Shown one piece after another: positions 26,310 to 39,232 of a stretch of 64,000 nt of DNA. The notes beneath the pieces were generated by a model. It saw only the letters and a list, made by a program, of their open reading frames with translations. It did no database searches and had not been told where the DNA came from. Each line of letters begins with the position of its first letter. The first letter of the stretch is position 1. A program made the translations under genes and the position numbers. This DNA comes from Lama guanicoe. Its lineage: Eukaryota. The DNA is taken from NCBI GenBank assembly GCA_013239625.1, contig MU057355.1, forward strand, positions 10,833,914-10,897,913, in the 5' to 3' direction.

Positions 26310-28045
26310 ACTTCAGTGACATAGTGATGTCTTCTCTTCCCCTAGTAGTTAAAAAATGACCACTGTTTTGGGATGCCCAATTGACTTAAGACCACTAGAT
26401 TTACACAGCAGAATTAACTACGATGATACTTTGTCTATAGAATATTCTCGTTTACCAAGCATTTTACACAGAAGAATTTAGATTTTTTTTTTAAAGTTAA
26501 ATTTCTTCTTAGTCAATTGAGTATGCCAGGGTAATACTTCAGGTATTCTTCAAGGTAACTGTCATTATTTATCATTCCAATTGTTCAAAGCTAGTTAATT
26601 GAAAAATGCTCCCACCTAGAGTTTATAAGCCTAGCTCTGTTTGTGTAGCAATACTGCAGACTACAGAGGGAGCCTTCAAAGGCTGTGCGGGACATTACCT
26701 GATCTGTTGATGAATTAATTAAGAGGTTTGATGAAAGTGTTAAGAGAGGACCTAAGGATCCACACAGAAAGTGAGAGGAAAACTAGCCCCATGCAGGTCC
26801 CAGAGGAAAACAACCCTAAAAAGATTTAAACCAGTGCAGATGCTATAACTAACACAGTGAAAGAAGAGGAGATACAGCGTGTCCTAAAGGACTGGCAGCA
26901 CACGGGCAGGGTATGATGTGTAAGTGCTACTGATTTTCATTTCTATCAGTTCATCTTTAGTATCCTTCCATCCAGTTCTTCTGTTAGGTTTGTAAACACA
27001 ACCAGTGCTCAGCTGGGGCCTTCTGCTTGAAGTAAATTGGCTTATTACCCTAAAACCTCTGATAACTTGCAGTGAAAGTCAGAAATAAAAACATCTGATA
27101 CTATGGAGGGGAAAACTGTGTTGGCACGTACGAATGCCTGCCTCAGGAACCCTCTCTTTCCAATCCTCTTTCCTGAAGACCCCTAACAGTGCCTCATAGT
27201 TCAGGCATTCACTGGCAACTGACGGACACTGTATGCTGACGATAACAATGAAATGAACAATAGCTCTTACAGCCTTATATAGCTCCTGCCATATGCCAGG
27301 CACATACATTAACTCATTTAATCCTATGGAACAGGCACTAGTGCAGTATCAGTTTTCCAGTAAAGAGCTGACGTCTCAGGGACGTGGGAAAACTCGTCCA
27401 AGATCACACAGCTAATAAGCAGCAGAAACAGGAGTGACCTCCAGCAGACAGGAACACAGCACCCTGCAAATAGCATAAACGGAAGACTGAGAAGCATTGA
27501 GCCTTGGCATTAGAAGGAAACTTTGAGGTCCTTTATTTGACAGAGAAGAGCTCAATGAGGTTCCCAAGGATAAAAGACACTTTGTTAGGGCAAGAACCCA
27601 CGTGGAGTCTCAGCCAGGCCCTTCGTACTCTACCACCTCCCACTGTGCAGCATCTCTAATTCAGCCTGATTCTCTACACAAGCTCTGGGGGGCGGGCAGG
27701 TTAATAGAACCTCGAAGGCGAAGAGGAATATCCCCTTATGCGGAGTCCCATTCACAGACTCAGACAGCCAGAGGCTCAGCTCAAGGAGACTCATCTTGTA
27801 ACTGAGAGCCTGCCAGGCCAGATCACAGAGGACATACACGCAGACACAGGTGCCAGGGACTCGGGGGAGGCATTTCTGAAAACACCAAGTAATCGACCTG
27901 AGTGACTCAGCTGCCTTACCCCCAAATTCTGTCAGTATCTGAAAAGGACACAGCCCCTCCCACCTGGAGGACACACCCTTCTCCCCTGGGAAAGAATAAC
28001 TGGGTTGCTGGGTCTATGAATGCTGAGGGAATCCCATATTTAAAC

Positions 28046-28244
28046 TGACCTAATTTGGAGCTTTAAATTGAGACCCAGATGCACCCAAATAGCATCTCCA
28101 TCAGCCTCCATAGAGTTACTCATTTTGGATCAAAAAGAGTATGTTTCCAGAAGTCCCTTTTTAAAATACAAATTAGTTGGGATACAACACGGTTGTAATG
28201 TTCAGGAACACAAGGGAGCCTAAAATCCCCTCGCATATTAACTA
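28046..28244 (+). repeat. 199-bp direct repeat, copy B
   Basis: Same sequence as 26111-26309 with 8 substitutions and no indels. Confidence 0.97.
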
Positions 28245-31200
28245 GCCTGGTAAAGCCTTGTGAAATGGTACTTAGGGCAAGCTAAGTTTTGATGGTGGGG
28301 AAGAGAAGCTGCAGAGGAGAGATGGCCTGGGGGGAGGTGTCATGGGCAATCAGAGGACAACAGAAGGCACTTGAATGGAAGGTGTTTGTCGGATCTTTGA
28401 AGAATAATTTACTTATTAAATAATTTTGATTTATCATTAAAGTCATTTGAACACCACACTTACCAGATACCAATCCCTCCATGTCTCTCCCTCATTTTAT
28501 AAGTTATTTAACACGAATGCATTTACCATAATTGGAACCAATCAGGGAATGCCATCGTATGGTCCCATAGGATAGTAAAGATAAGGGGAAAACTTAGTCT
28601 AAGGCCTAGAAACTCTTATTTTTTATTTGCCTTTCAAAATAAGCCATAAAGCCAAATATTTCCTAGAATAGTAATTCAGTTTATTACTCCCAATAATAAT
28701 AACTCATGATTTCAAAGGATTCCCAAAATCCCAGTGAAACAAAGATGATTCATTGTGCTGGCCTGGCAAAGAGGGAGGCGATAATAATGTTAAAACAGAA
28801 GGTTCTGGACCCAGAATACCTGGACCTGGCTCCACCACTCACTAGCTATGGACCTTCAGTAAGTTAACTTCTTTGTACCTGTTTCCTCTGCTATAAAGTC
28901 AAGGTTGTTTGGAGGACTAGATCAGAAATTACACACGAAGGTCTTAGAATAATATCAAGGAAGTGTGCATAAGCCTCAGCTATTGCAGCTGTAATTCTCA
29001 TCTCATCTCATCTCTGTGCTGATTGCACAATGCTTTACTAGAAGAAAATGGTTAGGAGAGAGAGGCCCTGAGGTCAACATGTAGAAAGTGTTTCTTAGCC
29101 AAGAAGTCAGTGGCTTAGAAATCTACTATCCCCACGACTGGCTTGCAGTGCAAATTGGGAACAACTTCTCCCTGATTCTGCTGCAATTTTTTCCAAGACA
29201 GAGATGTTCTTCTCTATCACAGGCAGGGCCTCCTAATTAAGTCGATATGGCATGATTTGAAGGAAGCTGTGTAATTAGCAAGGGAAGCAGAGTGGCTCTT
29301 CAGACCAGAGAGCAAACCCTCTCTGCCTCTGATATTTTCATAGTTACAACAACAACCAAAAAACCCACTGAAGTACTCAAAGCCACTTGTAAAGATGCAG
29401 ATTGTTGAAGGGTAGTATGGTTACAAGCATGATAAAAGAAGTAGTCATGAGCTAATATAAACTGCCCCCAAATCAGACCCCTGCACAGGAATGGCAACAG
29501 ACCCCAAAGAGAAAATTATTTATGGGGGCACAGTGGACATCAGGAATGCCATGGAAGGGACTGGCGTCAGCGTCCATTTTAAGGGAAATGGCTAGATGAA
29601 AGATTATTGTGGGATTATTATGTTAATTTACCCATTGGGAAGTGATTTATTGGGCCCTTGTTTGAGTTCAGCATTATTCCAGATGCTGTGTTGGATACAA
29701 AGAAATATTGTACATAGGTCCTTAAAATCAAGGAACCCATGAAAGGTTCTCCAGAGCTCCCACAGCAGTCCCAGGATAATTAATCCCCCCCTTCTCTAAG
29801 GTCTCTTACTTTGCTAGAAATGAGTATTAGTTACCATACTAAATTAGGGAGTTCCTGAAAGCAAGAAAATTATCCTATTTAGTTTTCAATTCCCAGACCT
29901 AACACAGTGTTATGCACATAACAGATACACAGTGCTATTTGTTGAATAACACAGCCACCTAACTGAGGAGAGATGGGGAAGAAGTAGAAGAGATAAAGAA
30001 AAACATTAGTGAGTGTCACATACCAAGTTCTGTGCTGTGTACTCATCCAACCACTTAGAATCACTATAACAGCCCGATGAGACAGGCATCATCATCCCCA
30101 ATTTTGAAAAGAAGCAACTGGGACCTGGTTAAATAACCTGACCCAAATTTGCAAAGTTATTAAGGGGTGGAACTTGACAATTGAACCTAAGTCTGAATTT
30201 ATGATCCCATGGTTTTTCTACCATGACATGCTTATACTTGGGAATTGATAATGAACAACACAGGGCGAAATGTGGTGTCTTCTAATACCATGTGGTGAAA
30301 CTAGAAAGTTAGGAAAAAGAATATAAAGTCTGGAGTAGTCAGAGGGGCTACATAAAATTTCCATTCTGTTCAGCAAATATATATGAAGTGTCCACTAAGC
30401 ACCAGGTCAGGTGCTCAGGGCTGGAGCTAAGAAGCTGAGTGCATATCCTTGGGGAGTTCATGGCCCTTCCTCTTTTTATCCTACATTCCTTACTCAATTA
30501 TACTTCTGCTCTCCTTTTTTTTTCTCATCCATCTCTGAACTAGTCTTTCCACCTTTAAACTATTCTCAACAAAACTCAAGGATTCATCTTTCCCAAGTAC
30601 ACAGGGTCCTGTTAGAATTCTTCCATGCTGATTCCAGCGACTTCATAATACAATGAGAATGCTTGATCATGCCAGTATCAGCTTAATTCTTGCCCACCTT
30701 ACCATTCTTCTTTGCTGTCACTCTCCCTCCCTCCCTCGAGAAACCCCCTCCCAACTTGCATTCAACATTCTAGCCACATTCAACTTCTCAGCCATCCATA
30801 CTGTTTTCATTTGTACCTCTGTCCCCTAGAGACGCTTTCTGCTCTCTTCTTCTCCTAACTCCTAGCCATCCCTGAGTAGAGGGAAGGTATACACTGGAAA
30901 TTACAGAGTACAACACTGGAGAAATTTGACTGATAATAAAATAGAAAAATTGACATTCATTGATAGGGTTATAAAAGGGCACTGAACTTAATTTAACAGA
31001 AGAGTAATATAAAATGGATAATGAAGAAAATCAACCAGTGTTATGAATATAGTATTAGAGTTAGATAAGGCCAGAGGCTGAATTACAATGATCTAGGTAT
31101 TAAACGATGGCATATACATAATTAATGGCAGTAGGAATTCTAAAGAAGCAAAGTATCAGAACTCAGTGGCTGACTAGAAATAAGGAGCATTTAATAACAG

Positions 31201-31904
31201 CCGTTTATGCCAACGCAGGTTAAGTTAGTATAAGATCAGAATCAATATAATCTGTGTTTTTAAGGGAAACATAAGGCTGTCTTTTATTGCAAGTGTCAGA
31301 TTGCCTCAGGGCCACTGTGATACAGAGCTTTAGATATCTGGATTTTGTACGTTTCACTCCAGGATCGAACATATTCCCTTAGTCAGTGTCAGTGATTGGC
31401 AGCCTTGGTGAGAATTGAGTTTTCAACTTAATTTTTCCAGATTGGTCTGAAGAAACCAGATATGGCAACTAAGTTCAAAAGGACAATCTCAGCAAGAATA
31501 AAAACAGACATGGTAACAACAGACCAAGAACAAATGAAATACAGCACCCACAGCTCATCAGGTCTCTTAATCTGCCACACAAATAATTGGCCCCAGGATT
31601 ACTGAACAAACATCTGCTTTTAAGCTGAAAGATATTACACCGTATGTTGTGATTATCACTTTACTGATTTGTAAGTCAACTTAGAAATTAAACACACATG
31701 CAAAGAAATTCTGCTCTTCCTGCTAGGCTGTGTGATTCTAGAATTTCTGAACTCTGCCCCTTCTACTTGCCAGGGATCTTTAAGGAAGTCAGGCATGTGG
31801 GCAGAGCTGGGTTATTATTACTGAGTGAAGGTAACACAACATCCATCTTTACCCTGACCTTACACGCCCTAGAGCAATGACAACACCAAAACCACTTATG
31901 TGTA

Positions 31905-32482
31905 TGTATTAGCCAGGGTTCTCCAGAAAAGAAGCAATATTGCAATTGGAATTCCAGTTGGCTAATACATACGCATAAATGGTTTTAGTGTTGTCGTTGT
32001 TGTAATATCTGTAAGATGCATATAAATCTATTTTTCTATCAGTAGATTAAACAAAGGTTTCTTATAAGGAATTGGCCTACCTGATTATGGAGGCTGAGGA
32101 GCCCCAAGATCTAGAGTGGGCAAGCTTGAGGCCCATGAGAGCCAACGTGTAATTCTTGTCTGAAAACTGGCAGGCTCAAGACCCAAGAAAAGCAAATGTT
32201 TCAATTTACCTCTGAAGGCAAGAAAAGACTGATGTCCCAACTTAAGGAAGTACTCAGGCAGGCAGAGTTCCTGCTTACTTAGCCTTGTCGGGCTATTCAG
32301 GTCTTCAACTGTTTAGGCGAGCCTCACCCACATCAGGGAGGGCAATCCACCTCATATAGTCTACCAATTCAAACATTGTCTCATCCAGAGACATCCTGGT
32401 TGACACACACAGAATAATGTTTGGCCACATGTCTGGGCACCCTGTGGCCCAGTCAAGTTGACTCATAAAATGAACCATCACA
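31905..32482 (-). mobile_element. MLT2B-type ERVL solo LTR
   Basis: TGTATTAGCCAGGGTTCTCCAGA...AAGGAATTGGC..ATTATGGAGGCTGAG...CCCAGTCAAGTTGAC..ATAAAATGAACCATCACA with TG...CA ends. Confidence 0.88.
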
Positions 32483-35400
32483 ATATAACTTAAGGAATTA
32501 GAACACTTCTCATGTTGTCTGACCTTAAGGCTCTCCATTTCCTCCCCATTAGCCACTCCCTGCTTTAACACATGCAGTTTCCACCTGCTGTTAAAATTTT
32601 CCAAAATCTCTTTTGGATTAAAAAACTATTTGTTATTCATCTCTCAATCTTCAGTGTTGTCACGTACAAGTCACTTATGAGGACTTCAGTTTCTGATATT
32701 CTTATCCAAGTTGAGCAGAGGCTGGATTTGCAAGGGGGTGGTGGTGTCAGAGTCAACAACAAAAGGAAAGGGCTGTATAGTGAGGTCTCCTGTGTGATGT
32801 TGTGCTGTCAACACTGGCCACCAGGAGTTTATTCACTTCTGGGTATACATACACATTCGTGGTCACATGTGTGCTTGTGCAATCCTGCATATACACAACC
32901 ACACACAACCTGATGGCACAGGCATAAATTCACTTCAGCCAAGGAAAGTGTGAAAATAAGGATGAGGACTCTAGACACGTGGCAAATTGGAAGTAAGAAC
33001 AAAGGGACCTAAGAAATAAGAAAAGAAGTAACTGGTGTGTCTGGGAGACCTGATGGGCTCGAGCACAGAACAGCTCTAAATCTGCACTGAGACTGAGTCA
33101 TGAAATTAGAGTTAGGACCAGATCATAGCAGATTCTGGATGTCAGGCTAAGGGGCTGGACTGCTTCTTTATAGTTAATGATGAGACCAGTGAAGGTTTTT
33201 GAGCAGAAGAATATTACAATGGACATTTTGGGGAGAGGATCTAGCAGTGGTGTGCAGAACAGAGAGGCAGTGCTTAGAGGTAGAATGCAGGGAAGTTTCA
33301 TTCCACATTTTGGCTAAGCTCAGGTTAGGTCTAGTCATGGAAGACGAGGTGGGGGATGGAGGTAGGAGGAAGGAAAGCAACAAGTAGGGATACACACGTA
33401 CGGAAAGCAGGAACAGAGTCAAGATCCAGACTTCATGAGGAGCCTCACCCGAGGCTGTTCTGGATAAAGAGGCTGTAAAGACTTCAGCAGCAGGGGATTC
33501 ATAGATCTACGAGGTGCTTCACTGTTAACTTGACTCAACTACTTCCTACACCTGCTCCTCTCTCTTCTAAATTCTATCCTTACTTTCTACTCTTTATCCT
33601 TTCTCTGCCTCATAGCTTTTATTTCCCCTCCATACATAGAACCATGACAAGTAATTGTTTACCCACACAGTGGTAATATGAATACCTTATTTATTGGTCC
33701 TCATGGAAACGGAGTTGAATACAAAAAAAAACCAGAATCTAGGGAAAATGTTACTTTTTGGTATTTCATGGACATTATCCCTAAATACTGGCAATTATGA
33801 AAACCTTTACTTATTAAAAGTGATGAAAACGTAGCAGGGCAATTAGTCGAGAAGATTCTGGATTATTCACTTTCTCCTGTAATCTAGCCTCTGCCTTTCT
33901 TTTATAGAATTTTGTCTTCTTTTTAGTAATTTTTTTATTCATCCCAACTATTTGGCAGGTGGAATGAATTCAATTACTCTCCATGTTTCATTTTGTTTGA
34001 CATTTAACATGTATAGACCAGAGCTTAATTCAGCAGTTCTAAACTTGGCTGCGTATTTTCACCTGAGGAGGCTTTAAACCATAGCATTTCCTGGGCTCCA
34101 CTCCAGACCAGTTGAATCAGAATCCCTCTGGGGGTGGCGGGTGATGCCCAAGTACAGGTGATTATAACGTGAGGCCAGGTAGGGAGTCTGTTTTTTCTCC
34201 GTAGTTCCTGCTAAAATTTAGGAACACTTGCAGTTAAATCTCAGCCCTACCTTCTTGATAAGACATGCATAGGTCAATGCTTCCTCTCCTGTCTTTCCGT
34301 GTGTGATTTATAGTTTCAAGCTAAATTCCAGGGATTTAAAGGCTCTTTGTTGATATTTAAAGGGCATTTGAAGCAAATAAAAGGTGAAATGTCTTTTGAA
34401 GCAGATAAAATGTACCTCTATAATGTCCACTTAATGAGAACATGCGAAAGCAGGAGGTGTTTCTACTGGACCATAAATTATGCAATTTTAAACAGACTTT
34501 TAAATGAAAATAAAAATTTCTGACTATTTGAAATTACTTTTTCCTCAAACAAAAAAAGAAGGATTTCCAGATGTCAGGACTGTTTTGCAATAATGATGAT
34601 CTGTGGGCCAGATGACTGTGCTTAACTTTCCCAAGAGTTTAGGTAACTTTTTATTTTCAAAAGAGATTGTGTGTGATCCCTGATTTTAAATTATTTTTTA
34701 AAAATGTTGGGAAGTCATCCCTCCTCACCCCCTGCTTGCCCTCATTAGTCCAGATGTGTGTAAATATACATACATCTATACACACAAAGACATGTAAAAA
34801 ATCGCAATACTATCATTTGTCTATTGTACATCTGCTTGTTGTTTTTCTCCAATAAATTCTAAGTTGGTAGCTCCAATAGTATTTTTTCTCTGGTATAATT
34901 TTATTTTTCTCTATAGATATTTTTACTGCGATGCAATTTCCCCAGCATCTTAGGTTTTTCTATTTTAAGTTACTCTATTTAGGACTCGGAATGACTCCAA
35001 GTAGGATGGGAAATCGATTAAACATCAACAAACAGTAATCAAAGGATCAGCTGGTCCTATACATCTTCGCAAAAATACCCATTTCTTTAGCAAGTGTGTC
35101 TGTCAGCGCTGCTTCTCTACAACTGTTAGTAACTTGTCTTAAACATATGAATACCTTCTAGATGGAATTAGCAACTTCTTTAGCCAGGGATGTCACCAAG
35201 GGAGCAAGAGAGAGAACAAAGTACAGGATTAAAGAATGAAAGAGAGTAACAGACCGGAGAAGGGAAAAAAAAATTTATATGGACATTTGAAAGTGGAGGT
35301 AGAAGGAGAGAAGACCCTGCTCCCAAAAGAGTTGTGTTTGGTGCCCATGAGAAGTACCTGTGGCTTTGGTTACCCACCACTGCACCACTCCGTCAGATAT

Positions 35401-36509
35401 TTAATCCATGGCTGACTTCTTCCTCTCCAGCCATCTAAAACCCAGAGGAGCTAAAGATCAATGGGAAGAAGGAACTAACACTTTAATTTAAACATAGGAA
35501 TAGAAATCAGTGTGAAATTCAGTCAGATCCTGTCAAATGATACATCACTTGGTCTCCTATGATGACCCTACACTCTGACAAAGAGTGATGTCTGAGTGAG
35601 GTATGACCAAGTACATAACAGAGGGCTGGCAATGACCATGTGTCCATTTTGGACTGTGTCCAAAAGAGATCAGATCCTGGATGTGTCCATCAGACAGTCC
35701 ACCCACGGCACTACTCAAAAGTCTTACTACAACAGCACATTTTCATTCAAGTGAAGAGGCTAAATTACCATAGTGCTTTAAATGACCAAGAACATCTGTC
35801 CCTATGGAAGGGAGCATAGACTCACAGCATCACCTTCATCCGTTTCATCATGGTATCAGGTGTTCCTTACACTTTCAGGGAAGCTAGGTAGAAATTAGAA
35901 TCTCCCTTCTCTCCCTGACTATTACTTTATTACTTTATTAAGTAGAAGTGAAGAGAAGTCAAATTTAGTAATTATGAGCACAGACTCTGGCCCCAAGCTA
36001 CCTAGATGCAAATCATGGTTCTGCCACTTACTACCTGACTAATTTTGGGCACATTAACCTCCCTAATATTGGCTTATTATCTATATCACAGGAATGTAAT
36101 ACCTAACCAATTGAGTGTTTATGAAGATTAAATGAATTATATTTTAAGTTTTCAGAACATAGTCAAAAATGTTAGCTATATTTATTATTCATATTATTTG
36201 AAATCTTTTCAAATTTTGCCACAGAATGGGCAAAACCAAGGTATCTTGGTTCTGTTTTGTCTTTCCTGATCACTAAAGATGATGCCCATATTTAAATGAT
36301 AAATTTACAAACTATTTTTTCTCTGTGAATTGACTCTTCAGGTCCTTTCTCTTTGTCCACTGATTTATGAGCCTTTATTATTGATTTTAGAGTACTCTTT
36401 GTATATCACAGATATTAATTCTCTGTACATTATGTAAGAGGCAATCATTTTCTTCTAGTCTGGGGTTTCTTTTCAACTTTATTTTGCCATAACAGCTGTT
36501 TGTAATTTT

Positions 36510-38811
36510 TTTTTACATTTTTTTATTGAGTTATAGTCATTTTACAATGTTGTGTCAAATTCCAGTGTTCAGCACAATTTTTCAGTTATTCATGAACATA
36601 TATACATATTCATTGTCACATCTTTTTTGGTGTGAGTTACCACAGATCTTGTATATATTTCTCTGTCCTATACAGTATAATCTTGTTTATCTATTCTACA
36701 TTTTGAAATCCCAGTCTGTCCCTTCCCCCCCCCTCCCTCCCTGGCAACCCCAAGTCTGTATTCTTTGTCTATGAGTCTGTTTCTGTTTTGTATTTATGTT
36801 TTGTTTTTTTTTTAGATTCCACATATGAGCGATCTCATATGGTATTTTTCTTTCTCTTTCTGGCTTATTTCACTTAGAATGACATTCTCCAAGAACATCC
36901 ATGTTGCTGCAAATNNNNNNNNNNNNNNNNNNNNNNNNNNNNNNNNNNNNNNNNNNNNNNNNNNNNNNNNNNNNNNNNNNNNNNNNNNNNNNNNNNNNNN
37001 NNNNNNNNNNNNNNNNNNNNNNNNNNNNNNNNNNNNNNNNNNNNNNNNNNNNNNNNNNNNNNNNNNNNNNTCCTGAAGTAGGGTTCCTTCTGGATANNNN
37101 NNNNNNNNNNNNNNNNNNNNNNNNNNNNNNNNNNNNNNNNNNNNNNNNNNNNNNNNNNNNNNNNNNNNNNNNNNNNNNNNNNNNNNNNNNNNNNNNNNNN
37201 NNNNNNNNNNNNNNNNNNNNNNNNNNNNNNNNNNNNNNNNNNNNNNNNNNNNNNNNNNNNNNNNNNNNNNNNNNNNNNNNNNNNNNNNNNNNNNNNNNNN
37301 NNNNNNNNNNNNNNNNNNNNNNNNNNNNNNNNNNNNNNNNNNNNNNNNNNNNNNNNNNNNNNNNNNNNNNNNNNATTTGTATGTCTTCTTGGAGAATTGC
37401 TTGTTTAGGTCTTTTGCCCATTTTTGGATTGGGTTGTTTGTTTTTTTCTTGTTAAGTCGTATGAGCTGCTTATATATTCTGGAGATCAAGCCTTTGTCGG
37501 ATTCATTTGCAAAAATTTTCTCCCATTCTGTAGGTTGTCTTTTTGTTTTACTTATGGTTTCCTTTGCTGTGCAGAAGCTTGTAAGTTTCATAAGGTCCCA
37601 TTTGTTTATTCTTGCTTTTATTTCTATTGCTTGGGTAGACTTTCCTAGGAGAACATTTTTTGAGATGTATGTCAGATAATGTTTTGCCTATATTTTCTCC
37701 TAGGAGGTTTATGGTATCTTGTCTTATGTTTAAGTCTTTGATCCATTTTGAGTTTATTTTTGTGTATGGTGTAAGGGAGTGTTCTAGCTTCATTGTTTTA
37801 CATGCTGCTGTCCAGTTTTTCCAACACCATTTGCTGAAGAGACTGTCTTTATTCCATTGTATATTCTTGCCTCCTTTGTTGAAGATTAGTTGACCAAAAG
37901 TTTGTGGGTTCATTTCTGGGCTCTCTATTCTGTACTATTGGTCTATATGTCTGTTTTTGTACCGATACCATGCTGTTTTGATTACTGTAGCTCTGTAGTA
38001 TTGTCTGAAGTCTGGGAGAGTTATTCGTCCAGCCTCTTTCCTTTTCTTCAGTAATGTTTTGGCAATTCTAGGTCTTTTGTTGTTCCATATAAATTTTATT
38101 ATGATTTGTTCTAGTTCTGTGAAATATGTCCTGGGTAATCTGATAGGGATTGCATTAAATCTGTAGATTGCCTTGGGCAGTATGAACATTTTAACAATAC
38201 TGATTCTTCCAATCCAGGAGAATGGGATATCTTTCCATTTTTTAAAATCTTCTTTAATTTCCATAATCAGTGTTTTATACTTTTCCGTGTATAAGTCTTT
38301 CACCTCCTTTGTTAGATTTATTCCTAGGTATTTTATTACTTTGTGTGCTATTTTAAAGGGGATTGTTTCTTCACTTTCTCTTTCTGTTGATTCATCGTTA
38401 GTGTAAAGAAATGCAACTGATTTTTGAACGTTAATCTTGTAACCTGCTACCTTGCTGAATTCTTCAATTATTTCTATTAGTTTTTCNNNNNNNNNNNNNN
38501 NNNNNNNNNNNNNNNNNNNNNNNNNNNNNNNNNNNNNNNNNNNNNNNNNNNNNNNNNNNNNNNNNNNNNNNNNNNNNNNNNNNNNNNNNNNNNNNNNNNN
38601 NNNNNNNNNNNNNNNNNNNNNNNNNNNNNNNNNNNNNNNNNNNNNNNNNNNNNNNNNNNNNGTCCCAGATTTTGGTGGGAAGCTTTTGAGTTTTTCACCG
38701 TTGAGTACTATGCTGGCTATAGGGTTGTCATATACAGCTTTTATTATGTTGAGATATGTTCCCTCTATATCCACTTTGGTGAGAGTTTTTAATCACAAAT
38801 GGATGTTGACA
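36510..38811 (-). mobile_element. Young 5'-truncated LINE-1 (about 2.3 kb; ORF2 RT to C-terminus plus 3'UTR) with TSD
   Basis: Minus-strand ORFs 37935-38774, 37548-37913 and 36812-37591 give L1 ORF2 peptides ([59 protein letters not shown]), broken by stops and frameshifts. T-rich tail at about 36510-36535. TSD TGTTTGTAATTTT at 36497-36509 and 38812-38824, with a canonical TT/AAAA target on the minus strand. Confidence 0.96.
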
Positions 38812-39129
38812 TGTTTGTAATTTTAATGTAGTCCAATTTGTTAGTCTTCATTTATGGCTTTTGAGATGCTTTATTAGGAAGACCTTCTGCATCACAAGAT
38901 TATAAAAATGTTCTCCCATATTTTCTTCTAGTAGTGATGCAACGTTTTTAAAGGTTCTGTCTTTTATCCACTTAGAATTTTGGTATATGTTGTGAGGTGG
39001 GATTATGGCAACTTCATCTTCTTCTCAAATCATCTGTGATCTCACTATGATTTGAAAGAGCACCTATTGGCAGTTCCAATATAAACTATGGATCTAGACT
39101 TTTTATCCATTTCATTAATCGATTTGACT

Positions 39130-39232
39130 ATTTATTTTTGTATTGAAGTATAATTGATCTACAACACTATGTTAGTTTCAGGTGTGTAACATAGCAATCT
39201 GATATTTCTATATATTAAAAAATGATCACTAC
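39130..39232 (-). mobile_element. Short L1 3'-end fragment nested in the old L1
   Basis: TATTGAAGTATAATTGATCTACAACACTATGTTAGTTTCAGGTGTGTAACATAG is a typical antisense L1 3' terminus. Confidence 0.7.

Noticed and set aside
26111-28244. LTR retroelement bounded by two 199-bp LTRs
   Set aside because: No CA end, TSD, PBS or PPT, and the interior contains an ancient MIR.
36812-38774. Active L1 or domesticated RT gene
   Set aside because: 5'-truncated, with stops and frameshifts.
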